From assembly GCA_964434705.1 (NCBI GenBank), contig CAYSVY010000012.1, positions 13,252 through 77,251 on the forward strand: DNA of 64,000 nucleotides, read 5' to 3'. The stretch comes from an uncultured Flavobacteriaceae bacterium. Lineage in GTDB: Bacteria; Bacteroidota; Bacteroidia; Flavobacteriales; Flavobacteriaceae. Below the pieces are notes generated by a model. The model saw only the letters and a list, made by a program, of their open reading frames with translations. It was not told where the DNA came from and searched no databases. The translations under genes were made by a program, and so were the position numbers. This document shows positions 49,285 through 59,073 of this stretch, in pieces (position 1 is the first letter of the stretch; each line of letters opens with the position of its first letter).

Positions 49285-49299
49285 TGGCACAGCTATTGA
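49285..49299 (+). promoter_or_regulatory. Candidate sigma54-type -24/-12 promoter TGGCAC-N5-TTGA
   Basis: GG-N10-GA spacing, 33 nt upstream of ATG 49333. Confidence 0.35.
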
Positions 49300-49332
49300 A
49301 TTACATTCATAGATACCAAAACAACTTCGATT

Positions 49333-50508
49333 ATGAGAAATAGTATCACATTGTTGTTTTTAACTATTATGGTTTTCGGTTGTAGCTCAAAACGAAAAGT
49401 TGAGCGTGCCTTGACTTCTGGCAATTATAACGAAGCTATTTATAAAGCCGTAAATCGTTTAAAAAACAATAAAGATGCTAAGCGAAAACAAGATTTCATT
49501 TTACTTTTAAAAGATGCTTACGATAAGGCCAATACCAGAGACTTAAATGCTATTAAAGGCTTAGAAGCATCAAAGAACCCAGAATATTACCAGCGTATTT
49601 TTGAAACCTATAATGCTATGGACCAAAGGCAAAATGCCATAATACCATTATTGCCGTTAAAGGTAAAAAACCGAGAAGTATATTTTGACATTAATGATTA
49701 CACACAAGAAATTAATGTCGCCAGGGAAAACGTATCCAGCCATTTTTACAGTAAAAGTCAAACACTTTTAAATACTGAAGACAAGCTTCAAATTAGAGAT
49801 GCTTATGACACTTTGGAATATATTGAAGATATCAATCCAAACTATCAAAACACCAGAAACTTAATGTTTGAAGCGCATGAAAGAGGTAAATCTCACGTTT
49901 TGGTAAGCATTGAAAATAGAACAAATCAAATCATACCGAAACGACTGGAAAATGCGCTACTGGATTTTGATACTTATGGGTTAAACCAATTTTGGACAGA
50001 ATTTCATTCGCTTGAAAAAGACAGCCTAGAGTTTGACTATGGCATGACGCTCAGACTTGCACAAATAAACATTTCACCAGAGCAAGTGAGAGAACGTGAG
50101 GTGTTGCGCCAACAAGAAATTAGAGATGGATGGCAGTATGTTCTTGACGAAAATGGTAACGTTGCCAAAGACAGTTTGGGTAACGATATTAAAGAAGATA
50201 AGTTTATTAATGTACGTGCAAGACTTTTTGAGGTTGAACAGTTCAAACAATCACAAATTACAGCTAATCTTATTTTGGTAGACTACAACAACAATGAAGT
50301 TATTGAGCAGTTTAATATTGATAGCGGGTTCGTTTTTGAAAATTTTTATGCCACTTTCAGAGGCGATAGGCGCGCACTCACAGCTGATGATATAACATTA
50401 ATTAATGGTGGCCCAATTCCCTTCCCCTATAACGAACAAATGGTGTTTGATTCTGGCGAAGATTTAAAGTTACAACTCAAAGAATTAATTGCAGATTACA
50501 GATTTTAA
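49333..50508 (+). CDS. Conserved hypothetical lipoprotein
   Basis: Lipobox VFGC; helical N-terminus; GD+RAL near C-terminus. Confidence 0.7.
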   Translation: MRNSITLLFLTIMVFGCSSKRKVERALTSGNYNEAIYKAVNRLKNNKDAKRKQDFILLLKDAYDKANTRDLNAIKGLEASKNPEYYQRIFETYNAMDQRQNAIIPLLPLKVKNREVYFDINDYTQEINVARENVSSHFYSKSQTLLNTEDKLQIRDAYDTLEYIEDINPNYQNTRNLMFEAHERGKSHVLVSIENRTNQIIPKRLENALLDFDTYGLNQFWTEFHSLEKDSLEFDYGMTLRLAQINISPEQVREREVLRQQEIRDGWQYVLDENGNVAKDSLGNDIKEDKFINVRARLFEVEQFKQSQITANLILVDYNNNEVIEQFNIDSGFVFENFYATFRGDRRALTADDITLINGGPIPFPYNEQMVFDSGEDLKLQLKELIADYRF

Positions 50509-50517
50509 ATAATGTTA

Positions 50518-51102
50518 ATGAAAATAGTATTCGCCACCAACAACAAAAACAAACTTCACGAAGTAAAGCAAATGCTACCAAAGCACATGCAACTGTTGAG
50601 TTTAGAAGACATTGGTTGCCGTGAAAATATCCCAGAAACACAACCCACAATTGAAGGTAATGCCAAGCAAAAAGCAGATTACATTAAACAACATTACGGC
50701 TATGACTGTTTTGCAGACGATACGGGTTTGGAAGTTGATGCTTTAAATGGCGAACCAGGTGTGTATTCTGCTAGATATGCCGGACCACAGCGCAATGCCG
50801 AGGACAACATGGACAAACTGCTCGATAATCTAAAGGGCAAGTCCAACAGAAATGCCCAATTCAAAACCGTAATTGCATTACATCTCAACGGAAATTACCA
50901 TGAGTTTACGGGCATTTGCCGTGGTAAAATTACTCATGAAAAATCAGGTGACAAAGGTTTTGGGTATGACCCCATTTTTAAAGCAGAAGGCTATACTAAA
51001 ACCTTTGCTGAAATTTCTTTAGAAGAAAAAAATAAAATTGGGCATCGTGGCAAAGCGGTAGAAAGGCTGGTTGAATTTTTACAAAATTTTGATAAAAGCT
51101 GA
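50518..51102 (+). CDS. rdgB: Non-canonical purine NTP pyrophosphatase
   Basis: FATNNKNK, ADDTGL, PGVYSARY, GFGYDPIF, HRGKA. Confidence 0.95.
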   Translation: MKIVFATNNKNKLHEVKQMLPKHMQLLSLEDIGCRENIPETQPTIEGNAKQKADYIKQHYGYDCFADDTGLEVDALNGEPGVYSARYAGPQRNAEDNMDKLLDNLKGKSNRNAQFKTVIALHLNGNYHEFTGICRGKITHEKSGDKGFGYDPIFKAEGYTKTFAEISLEEKNKIGHRGKAVERLVEFLQNFDKS

Positions 51103-51213
51103 AATTATTCTAGAAAACGACACACTTAAAATTCCTTTTGTAAACGGAAAACCCTTTGGAAAATCAGAACCTGTAATAACTGTAACAAGAGAGAACTAAT
51201 CCAAATAAAAGTC

Positions 51214-51362
51214 TATCTTTGCGCCTTGAAATTCAAGCCATTGTATTTCTAGTCCCTCAAGGTGAGGAAAGTGTTATAAGAAGGTTTAGGTTAAAACGTA
51301 TGTCGAGTTACTTCTAAATAGCACATTTAATTTAGAATAACGCCACGTACAAAATTTAAACC
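51214..51362 (+). promoter_or_regulatory. -7 box plus ~135-nt structured 5' leader of DEAD-box helicase
   Basis: TATCTTTG 51214-51221; hairpins at 51225-51237, 51255-51267, 51307-51341. Confidence 0.55.
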
Positions 51363-53138
51363 ATGACTACTTTTCAAGATTTAGGTCTTAATGAAGACTT
51401 GCTCAACGCCATTACCGATTTAGGCTTTACAAAACCCAGTGAAATTCAGGAAAAAGCCATTCCTATTCTTTTACAAGAAGAACGTGATCTTGTTGCCCTA
51501 GCACAAACAGGAACTGGAAAAACCGCAGCTTTTGGATTTCCAATGTTGGAGAACATTGATATAAACAGTCGTACAACACAAGGACTTATTTTATCGCCAA
51601 CAAGAGAGCTTTGTCTTCAAATTACAAACGAGCTTAAACTTTACGGTAAATATTGCAATGGCCTAAACGTTGTTGCTATATATGGAGGCGCTAGCATTAC
51701 CGAGCAAGCCAGACAAATAAAAAAAGGCGCGCAAATTGTGGTAGCCACGCCAGGTCGTATGAAGGATATGATCAGTCGACGCTTGGTTGATATTTCTAAA
51801 ATCAACTATAGTGTTTTAGATGAAGCTGACGAAATGCTGAATATGGGCTTTTACGAAGATATTACGGATATCCTTTCACACACGCCTAAAGATAAAAGCA
51901 CATGGTTGTTCTCAGCGACCATGCCGAAGGAAGTTGCTTCTATTGCCAAAAAATTTATGTTTAATCCTATTGAAATAACAGTAGGAAACAAAAACGAAAG
52001 TACCAGTCAAGTTTCGCATGAATACTATTTGGTTAACGGTCGTGATAGGTATTTAGCACTAAAACGATTAGCAGATGCCAACCCAGATATTTTCTCCGTA
52101 ATATTTTGCAGAACCAAGCGCGATACTCAAAAAATAGCCGAAAAACTCATTGAAGATGGTTACAGCGCTGGTGCACTTCATGGTGATTTAAGCCAAAATC
52201 AGCGCGATTTGGTCATGAAATCTTTTCGCAACAAGCAAATTCAAATGCTCGTGGCTACAGATGTTGCCGCACGTGGTATTGATGTGGATGATATAACGCA
52301 CGTTATCAACTACCAATTGCCAGATGAAATTGAAACCTATACGCACAGATCTGGGCGTACAGGTCGTGCCGGAAAAACGGGTATTTCTATGGTGATTGTT
52401 GCCAAAAGCGAACTACGCAAGATTAAGAGCATTGAAAAAATCATTAAGAAGCAATTTGAAAAAAAAGACATTCCGTCTGGTATGGAAATTTGCGAAGTGC
52501 AACTTATGAGCTTGGCCAATAAGGTACACAATACAGAGGTTAACCATGAGATTGATAAATTTCTTGAAAGCATAAATGAATTATTTGAAGATACCGACAA
52601 AGAAGAATTGATTAAAAAATTCTTCTCTGTGGAGTTTAGCCGTTTTTACGACTATTACAAGAATGCAAAAAATTTAACGGTTTCCAGTGATAGTGGAAAG
52701 GCAGGTGATTTTAAAGTTTCAGAAAATGAAACTCGCTACTTCATCAACGTTGGTCGTAAAGATGGTTACGATTGGATGTCCTTAAAAGATTTCCTAAAAG
52801 CCGTTTTAGAACTTGGTAAAGACGACGTATTTAAAGTAGATGTTAAGGACAGTTTTTCCTTTTTTAACACGGACTCAGAGAATGAAGCCAAAGTATTGGC
52901 CTTCTTCCAAGATTTTAAATACAATGACCGCTATGTCAATGTGGAAATCTCTGAAAACAAAGGCAGAAATAACAGTGGCAAACGCAGACGCGGACGTAAA
53001 AACAATGATGACAGGAGAGACAGAAGACGTAGTTCTGATTTTGGAAACAGAAAAGAACGTCGCAACCGTAGATCTGACCAGCCAAAATCTTCAAAGAAAC
53101 GATCATCTTCAAACAGACCGAGACGTTCAAGGCGTTAA
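51363..53138 (+). CDS. DEAD-box RNA helicase (DeaD/CsdA-like) with DbpA-type RBD and Arg-rich tail
   Basis: Q motif, AQTGTGKT, PTREL, DEAD, SAT, HRSGRTGRAG. Confidence 0.95.
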   Translation: MTTFQDLGLNEDLLNAITDLGFTKPSEIQEKAIPILLQEERDLVALAQTGTGKTAAFGFPMLENIDINSRTTQGLILSPTRELCLQITNELKLYGKYCNGLNVVAIYGGASITEQARQIKKGAQIVVATPGRMKDMISRRLVDISKINYSVLDEADEMLNMGFYEDITDILSHTPKDKSTWLFSATMPKEVASIAKKFMFNPIEITVGNKNESTSQVSHEYYLVNGRDRYLALKRLADANPDIFSVIFCRTKRDTQKIAEKLIEDGYSAGALHGDLSQNQRDLVMKSFRNKQIQMLVATDVAARGIDVDDITHVINYQLPDEIETYTHRSGRTGRAGKTGISMVIVAKSELRKIKSIEKIIKKQFEKKDIPSGMEICEVQLMSLANKVHNTEVNHEIDKFLESINELFEDTDKEELIKKFFSVEFSRFYDYYKNAKNLTVSSDSGKAGDFKVSENETRYFINVGRKDGYDWMSLKDFLKAVLELGKDDVFKVDVKDSFSFFNTDSENEAKVLAFFQDFKYNDRYVNVEISENKGRNNSGKRRRGRKNNDDRRDRRRSSDFGNRKERRNRRSDQPKSSKKRSSSNRPRRSRR

Positions 53139-53247
53139 TTCAGATGTATTCGTAAAATAATAATTATGGCATAAATTGTGTTAAGATATAGTCAAATACA
53201 TATTTTGAAACTGGTAAAATCCCTTTTGTTTAGTACTTTTACAAACA

Positions 53248-54054
53248 ATGTTTAAAACGGCTAATTTATATCTCACTTTTTTGTTTTGTTTATTGAGCTT
53301 TATCTCCATTGCTCAAGAGACAGAAACCAACAATGAGCCTACAAGAGTACAAGCTACGATTATAAGCAGTAGTACCAGAGAACCTTTGGTAGATGCTAAT
53401 ATTGTAAACTTAAATCAAGTTATTGGTACTACAACAAACGATGACGGTGTTTTTGATATCAGAGCAAAGGTGAACGATACGCTACACCTTTCATACATCG
53501 GTTACAAATCCATTAAAGTACGCGTAACCAATGACTGGATAAAATTTGGGAATACAGAAATAGAACTGACAGAACTAGCTTTAGCGCTTGAGGAAGTGGT
53601 TGTCAATCAACTTAAACTAACTGGATATTTGGAGGTTGACATTGCCCAAGTACCCGTAACATCCAACAACAGATTTAGAATTTCAGGCATACCAAATGCA
53701 GGCTATGAAGGCGGACAAACCAACGTTGTAAATAAAGTACTCGGCGCTATTTTTAATCCTGCGGATTTCCTTTATAAAATGTTTGGAAAAAAACCCAACC
53801 AAATGCGGAAACTCAAGGAAATGAAAAAGGATGACGAAATCCGAAACCAACTCGCCAAACGCTTTGACCGCGAAATGCTAACCGTTTTATTACAGATTGA
53901 CAAATACGATTTAGACGAAATTGTTAACCAATGTAACTATTCCAGAGACTTTATACGTACCGCAAACGATCTCCAGATTTTAGATGCCATAAGCCAATGC
54001 TACGAAGAATACAAAGTACTGAATAGAAATAACGAGCGGAAAAAACGCAGTTAG
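53248..54054 (+). CDS. Carboxypeptidase-like regulatory domain protein
   Basis: Signal peptide; GTTTNDDGVF, SYIGY, LEEVVV. Confidence 0.75.
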   Translation: MFKTANLYLTFLFCLLSFISIAQETETNNEPTRVQATIISSSTREPLVDANIVNLNQVIGTTTNDDGVFDIRAKVNDTLHLSYIGYKSIKVRVTNDWIKFGNTEIELTELALALEEVVVNQLKLTGYLEVDIAQVPVTSNNRFRISGIPNAGYEGGQTNVVNKVLGAIFNPADFLYKMFGKKPNQMRKLKEMKKDDEIRNQLAKRFDREMLTVLLQIDKYDLDEIVNQCNYSRDFIRTANDLQILDAISQCYEEYKVLNRNNERKKRS

Positions 54055-54716
54055 TCAACTTGGTTTTCAGATAAATATCTGTTTACAATGGCATCATAAT
54101 CCTTAAGTGTTTTTTTAACCCAGTCAAAACGCTTTTCAATACGCTCTTTATCGGTTAGCTTCCAATCAATATTTGAGTTTCTCAACTTTGATGTAACGTG
54201 TTGTAATATAATTGCGGCCGATACAGATATATTCAAACTTTCCGTAAAACCAACCATTGGAATTTTTAAAAACCCATCGGCATTATCTATCACAGCTTTT
54301 GACAAACCTTCGGTTTCGCGACCAAAAAAGAAACAGGCCTTTTGGGTAATGTCAAAATCAATTAAATCACAATCCTCTTTATGAGGTGTTGTAGCTATGA
54401 TTTTATAACCTTTTGTTTTCAAATCAGAAATACAAGACTTTACGGAATTGAACCGGTTAATATCTACCCATTTTTGTGCACCCATGGCAATTTCCCTATC
54501 AATGCGTTTTGTATTTATTTCTTCAACAACATTAATTTCTTGTATACCAAACACATCACAAGAGCGTATAACGGCACTGGTATTGTGCAGTTGGTACACA
54601 TCTTCCATAGCTACCGTAAAATGCTTGGTACGCTGATTAAGCACCTGCACAAAGCGCTTTCGTCTATTCTCGGTTAAATAATTTTCTAAATGAGATAATA
54701 GTTTTAAATCTTGCAT
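54051..54716 (-). CDS. trmH: tRNA (guanosine-2'-O)-methyltransferase, TrmH family
   Basis: DVYQLHNTSAVIRSCD.FG, FGRETEG, IPMVGFTESLNISV. Confidence 0.85.
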   Translation of the reverse strand: MQDLKLLSHLENYLTENRRKRFVQVLNQRTKHFTVAMEDVYQLHNTSAVIRSCDVFGIQEINVVEEINTKRIDREIAMGAQKWVDINRFNSVKSCISDLKTKGYKIIATTPHKEDCDLIDFDITQKACFFFGRETEGLSKAVIDNADGFLKIPMVGFTESLNISVSAAIILQHVTSKLRNSNIDWKLTDKERIEKRFDWVKKTLKDYDAIVNRYLSENQVD

Positions 54717-54749
54717 AAAACGGTATATTTATTGTCAACATAATAACTT

Positions 54750-55958
54750 ATGAAAACAAAACAAATCCTTACAGTTCTGTTACTGCTTTCCTTGGGTACA
54801 ACAAAATATCACAGCCAAGATAAGGAAACAGAAAACACTTGCAAGTTACTGGAGCAGTCAGAGGAAAACGAAGTTAAAGTCGTAGAACTGGCACAATACA
54901 TTGAGCAATCTTTCCATGAAGGAAAAACCGACGGATTTAATGAAAAGTTTAATATTGATGTGTTCTTAAATATAGTTACCCATAACCAGGACATTGACCC
55001 CAAAGATCCTTATACTCGGGGATTTTTGGATGGTTTAAATAATACTAGCAAAACGCTTTCTAATCAAATATTGAAAGAGATTAAAGATGGTGCTTATTAC
55101 AATTTTATAAACTACCATTATAATATACCCGAGCACACCTATTATTTTACTTTCAGGTTTTATTCTGATGTTACGGGCATAAACTATCACGATTACAAAG
55201 TTTGTTCTGACGGTGAAAATTTATGGTTTAACGACCTGTACATTTATTTAATTGGCGAGCACCTTAGCGAAATGTACCAAAGGTTGTTCTTAACTGTAAA
55301 ACCAGAATCTTCGTCATTGGTAAATCGCAAAGATCGTAACAAAATGAACAATGTATTTACCTTATCCAAAGCGCGTAGCTATGCGGAAAATGGCGAGTTT
55401 GAAAAAGCCTACAACGCCATAAGCAGAATTAAAGGCGATATGAGGAAAGAGAAATTTATTCTTATAGCAAAATCCGGATATGCCAGTCGTTTTGATGAAG
55501 ACATCTACGAGCAAACCCTCGAGGAGTTTGCAGAAATCCACCCCAATCATCCAACACTTTATTTGAAGCAAATAGATTATTTCATTTTAAAAGAGAAGTT
55601 TGATTTGGCGTTGGAGAAAATAGACAAACTCATTTTTGAAACTGGTGACGATTTCCTTAACCTTCTAAAAGCCAATACCTATATTCTTAAAAACGATTTT
55701 GAAAATGCCGAAAGCCATTATGGGTACATGGTTGACAATTACCCAGATTTGATTGATGCCTATTTTGGCAGAATGGTCAGTCTAAGTCTTTTGAATGATT
55801 TTGATGAAACCTTAGAAATAGCCAAAGCATTGGTTGAGAAAGGACTGGATAAAAATGAGCTTATCCTCTTTATTGAAGAAAAAGAACCCGATGGCTCTAA
55901 CCAACTTGAAGATTTTGTAAACTCAGAGGTTTATAAAATATGGAAACAAAAATCTTGA
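54750..55958 (+). CDS. Secreted hypothetical TPR-containing protein
   Basis: Signal peptide; helical repeats (AENGEFEKAY, FDLALEKID, AESHY...DAYFG). Confidence 0.65.
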   Translation: MKTKQILTVLLLLSLGTTKYHSQDKETENTCKLLEQSEENEVKVVELAQYIEQSFHEGKTDGFNEKFNIDVFLNIVTHNQDIDPKDPYTRGFLDGLNNTSKTLSNQILKEIKDGAYYNFINYHYNIPEHTYYFTFRFYSDVTGINYHDYKVCSDGENLWFNDLYIYLIGEHLSEMYQRLFLTVKPESSSLVNRKDRNKMNNVFTLSKARSYAENGEFEKAYNAISRIKGDMRKEKFILIAKSGYASRFDEDIYEQTLEEFAEIHPNHPTLYLKQIDYFILKEKFDLALEKIDKLIFETGDDFLNLLKANTYILKNDFENAESHYGYMVDNYPDLIDAYFGRMVSLSLLNDFDETLEIAKALVEKGLDKNELILFIEEKEPDGSNQLEDFVNSEVYKIWKQKS

Positions 55959-55968
55959 ATTTAAAAGA

Positions 55969-56646
55969 ATGAAAAAAAAGCTGGTTATACTTACGGGTGC
56001 TGGTATGAGTGCCGAAAGCGGCGTAAAAACCTTCAGAGACCACGATGGACTATGGGAAGGCCATGATGTTATGCAAGTAGCCACACCTGAAGGATTTAGT
56101 AAAAACCCAGAATTGGTTTTGGAATTTTACAACCAGCGGCGTCGCCAGCTTAAAGACGTACAACCCAATGAAGCACATATAGCTTTAGCACGTTTGGAGA
56201 ATGATTACGATGTTACCATAATTACCCAAAACGTAGATGATTTGCACGAACGCGCCGGAAGCTCAACTGTTTTGCACCTCCATGGTGAACTCAAAAAAGT
56301 ACGCAGTACAGGTAACCCAAACGATGTTAAAATTTGGACTGAAGATGTGAAACTAGGTGATACGTGCGCTAACGGTTATCAATTGCGCCCACATATTGTT
56401 TGGTTTGGAGAAGATGTACCAATGATGGAAAAAGCCATTTCAATTTGCCAAAATGCAGATATTTTAGTGATTATTGGTACGAGCATGCAAGTATACCCAG
56501 CGGCTGGATTAATGCATTATGCGCCACCAAATACACCTGTTTATTACATAGATCCAAAACCCGCTATAACATCAAATGAAAAGGTTACCATTATTCCTAA
56601 AATGGCATCTAAAGGTGTAGTAGAACTTATTGAGAAGTATCTTTAA
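55969..56646 (+). CDS. cobB: NAD-dependent deacylase (sirtuin, CobB-type)
   Basis: GAGMSAESG..TFR, TQNVD.LHERAG, HG, LRPHIVWFGE, GTS..VYPAA. Confidence 0.9.
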   Translation: MKKKLVILTGAGMSAESGVKTFRDHDGLWEGHDVMQVATPEGFSKNPELVLEFYNQRRRQLKDVQPNEAHIALARLENDYDVTIITQNVDDLHERAGSSTVLHLHGELKKVRSTGNPNDVKIWTEDVKLGDTCANGYQLRPHIVWFGEDVPMMEKAISICQNADILVIIGTSMQVYPAAGLMHYAPPNTPVYYIDPKPAITSNEKVTIIPKMASKGVVELIEKYL

Positions 56647-57880
56647 ATTTGTTTTTGGCTTCAATCCACTTGCTCATATATTTGGTACTCTGCAAAGACT
56701 GGTGTTGCAATATTTGTCCCAAAAAATTGTTCTGTCTGTGTGCCATCAAACTTTTTAAAAGCCCTTCTAATTTTGATGCAAATTCGTCTTTGAAATCAGT
56801 TTCGTCAAAACGCTTAGCAATCACATCGAAACCATCGATTTGCTTTTTATACCACAAATCAGCATTAGTATAAAGCGCAACAGCCTTTTCAGCAAATTCA
56901 TTTTCACTGTCCGCTATAAAACCATTAGGCGATAATTCGTCAAACATACCTTCAGACGCTATGGAAGACATAACACATGGCGTACCGTTTTGCATAGCGT
57001 CTACAAGTTTCCCTTTTAACCCAGCACCAAAACGCAATGGTGCCAAACATACTCTTGCATTTTGCATAACTATATTAACATTATCTGCATAGCCTTTAAT
57101 CACAAAGCCTTCTTTCTCATTATGTAATTGCGATACTTTTTGCGTTGCATAAGCGCCGTAAATGTGCAACTGGGTTATGGGCAACTTTTGTTTTATTAAT
57201 GGCCAAATTTTTTCTTTCAGGTGTAAAACAGCATCGTAATTTGGTGGATGTAAAAAATTGCCAACAGTTATAAAATGTTGCCGTTGTTGAAAAGCTGGCA
57301 ATTGTTTTATAGTTTGTTCTTCAACTGGATTGAGCAGAAACGGAATATAATGCAACAAGCAGTCGTCTATTTTAAAAACTGATTTCAATACATCAACTTC
57401 AGCTTCTGAGATAATCAGGCTTAAATCGCATCTGTAAATACTGGCGATTTCACGTTTTGTAATATCGTTTTGAAGATGAACGCTAGAAAACGACTCTCTC
57501 TTTTTCAAAGCCACTTCTCTACCCTTTCGCAAACCATGAAAGTCTTCGGTATCTAAAATTTTTAAAGCGTTTGGGCAATGCTCATCAACACGCCAACCAA
57601 ATTGTTCTTCGGTCATAAACCTATCAAACAATACAACATCTGGGTTAAGCGCGTTGAGGAATGTATCAAATGAGCTATGATTCAGTTGTATTGAAGCTGT
57701 TTCAATTCCTATTGTATTAAAATCAAATGATCTTTCAGATGTCTTTGCGGCCGATGCAAATACAATTTCAAATTGTAATTCTTTAAATAGTGTAATGAGC
57801 TGAAGCATTCGGCTACCAGCTGCAGAACTTTTAGGTTCGGGCCAAACAAAACCAATAACAAGAAGTTTCTTTCTCAGCAA
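56627..57880 (-). CDS. Glycosyltransferase family 4
   Basis: WPEPKSSAAG, GNF.H.PN, APLRFGAGLKGK..AM. Confidence 0.85.
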   Translation of the reverse strand: MLRKKLLVIGFVWPEPKSSAAGSRMLQLITLFKELQFEIVFASAAKTSERSFDFNTIGIETASIQLNHSSFDTFLNALNPDVVLFDRFMTEEQFGWRVDEHCPNALKILDTEDFHGLRKGREVALKKRESFSSVHLQNDITKREIASIYRCDLSLIISEAEVDVLKSVFKIDDCLLHYIPFLLNPVEEQTIKQLPAFQQRQHFITVGNFLHPPNYDAVLHLKEKIWPLIKQKLPITQLHIYGAYATQKVSQLHNEKEGFVIKGYADNVNIVMQNARVCLAPLRFGAGLKGKLVDAMQNGTPCVMSSIASEGMFDELSPNGFIADSENEFAEKAVALYTNADLWYKKQIDGFDVIAKRFDETDFKDEFASKLEGLLKSLMAHRQNNFLGQILQHQSLQSTKYMSKWIEAKNKFKDTSQ

Positions 57881-57892
57881 ATCACTACACTT

Positions 57893-58375
57893 TTATTGCG
57901 GTTCCTTTAGCTGTAAAGCATAAGCAAAACGGACATGCTTTGCCCATCTGATAACTGCTCCTATTTGCTCTGGTGTAAGATCCGCATCGGTATGCGTCCA
58001 TGTATAGCTTGGCAATGGCATGTGCTTTTCTTTAACTTCTTCAATGAGTTCTTCCAGTTTATGATCTTTCTTTTTCAAATCATACGAATCCCATTTTGAT
58101 ACGTTAAAATGATTTTTTCCATGCTCAATATGGTCTGCCAGCCAATAGTTTACGGGTGTAATATTGTTATACCATGGATAACGTGTATGATTACTATGAC
58201 AATCTAAACAGGCATTTTCTAAAATTAATTTAACCTCTTCAGATGGTTGTGTTTCTTCAAAAAAAGCATCTACAGAAGTGAGATTATCATCATTTTTCTC
58301 GGGACCAAAAAATTGTGCCACTACAAAAGCTATGAGCAATAGTAAAAACAATCTTTTAAGGAATTTTTTTATCAT
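57893..58375 (-). CDS. Heme-binding domain protein (Haem_bd)
   Basis: CLDCH heme-attachment motif, T.YPWY, MPLPSY...H. Confidence 0.85.
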   Translation of the reverse strand: MIKKFLKRLFLLLLIAFVVAQFFGPEKNDDNLTSVDAFFEETQPSEEVKLILENACLDCHSNHTRYPWYNNITPVNYWLADHIEHGKNHFNVSKWDSYDLKKKDHKLEELIEEVKEKHMPLPSYTWTHTDADLTPEQIGAVIRWAKHVRFAYALQLKEPQ

Positions 58376-58416
58376 ATCAATTTAGTTACTTTAGAAGCAT
58401 TAAAAATAACAAACCT

Positions 58417-58986
58417 TTGACAAAAGCAGCGCTTTATAAAGAATTAAATTATGTTAATCATTCCAGAGAAAAACGGCTCCATTATGCCAATCTTTTAATT
58501 GATAACCCCAAACTTATTGCACCGCTTTTAGAGATTTTATTTAATGTTGATAACAAAATTTCGTGTCGTGCGGCATGGGTTTTTGAATTTATGTGTGGTG
58601 ATAAACTTGAAGCTATTATACCACATTTAGACACTTTTACGCAACATATTTCAAAACTACATTTAGATTCTGCAGTAAGACCCGTTGCTAAAGTTTGTGA
58701 ATACTTGGCTAAAGCCTACTATTCTAAAACTAATAATGCCATAAAAAAAGCACTCAATCAAAAGCATAAAGAAAAAATAGTTGAAGCCTGTTTTGATTGG
58801 ATGATTAACGACGAAAAAATTGCGCCAAAAGCTTACGCCATGAACACACTTTTTCTATTTGGTAATGAATTTGATTGGATTCATCCAGAGTTGGCTCTTA
58901 TTTTAGAACGCGATTATCAGATGCAAAGTTCTGGTTTTAAAGCAAGAGCCAAGCATATTCTTAAAAAAATAAACGCTAAAAAATAA
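58417..58986 (+). CDS. Conserved hypothetical helical-repeat protein upstream of purB (not an adenylosuccinate lyase)
   Basis: RAAWVFE, R..AKVCE, CFDWMI, KAYAM; lacks fumarase-superfamily motifs; TTG start. Confidence 0.65.
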   Translation: MTKAALYKELNYVNHSREKRLHYANLLIDNPKLIAPLLEILFNVDNKISCRAAWVFEFMCGDKLEAIIPHLDTFTQHISKLHLDSAVRPVAKVCEYLAKAYYSKTNNAIKKALNQKHKEKIVEACFDWMINDEKIAPKAYAMNTLFLFGNEFDWIHPELALILERDYQMQSSGFKARAKHILKKINAKK

Positions 58987-59041
58987 CCCGAAAGATTAAA
59001 AAACTTCGTGCTTAGCTTTTCGTGCATCAGACTAACTTTTT

Positions 59042-59049
59042 TATCTTTG
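59042..59049 (+). promoter_or_regulatory. -7 box (TATCTTTG) of purB
   Basis: TAnnTTTG consensus 24 nt before ATG. Confidence 0.65.
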
Positions 59050-59073
59050 ATGTTTTCAAAAAAACTCGAATAA

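Noticed and set aside
52960-53138. Repetitive AGA/CGT-rich DNA at DEAD helicase 3' end
   Set aside because: Explained by the Arg/Ser/Asn-rich tail; no 7-bp period.
55969-56646. Sirtuin as a possible anti-phage Sir2 effector
   Set aside because: Short stand-alone CobB-type deacylase with all housekeeping motifs; no neighbouring defence genes.
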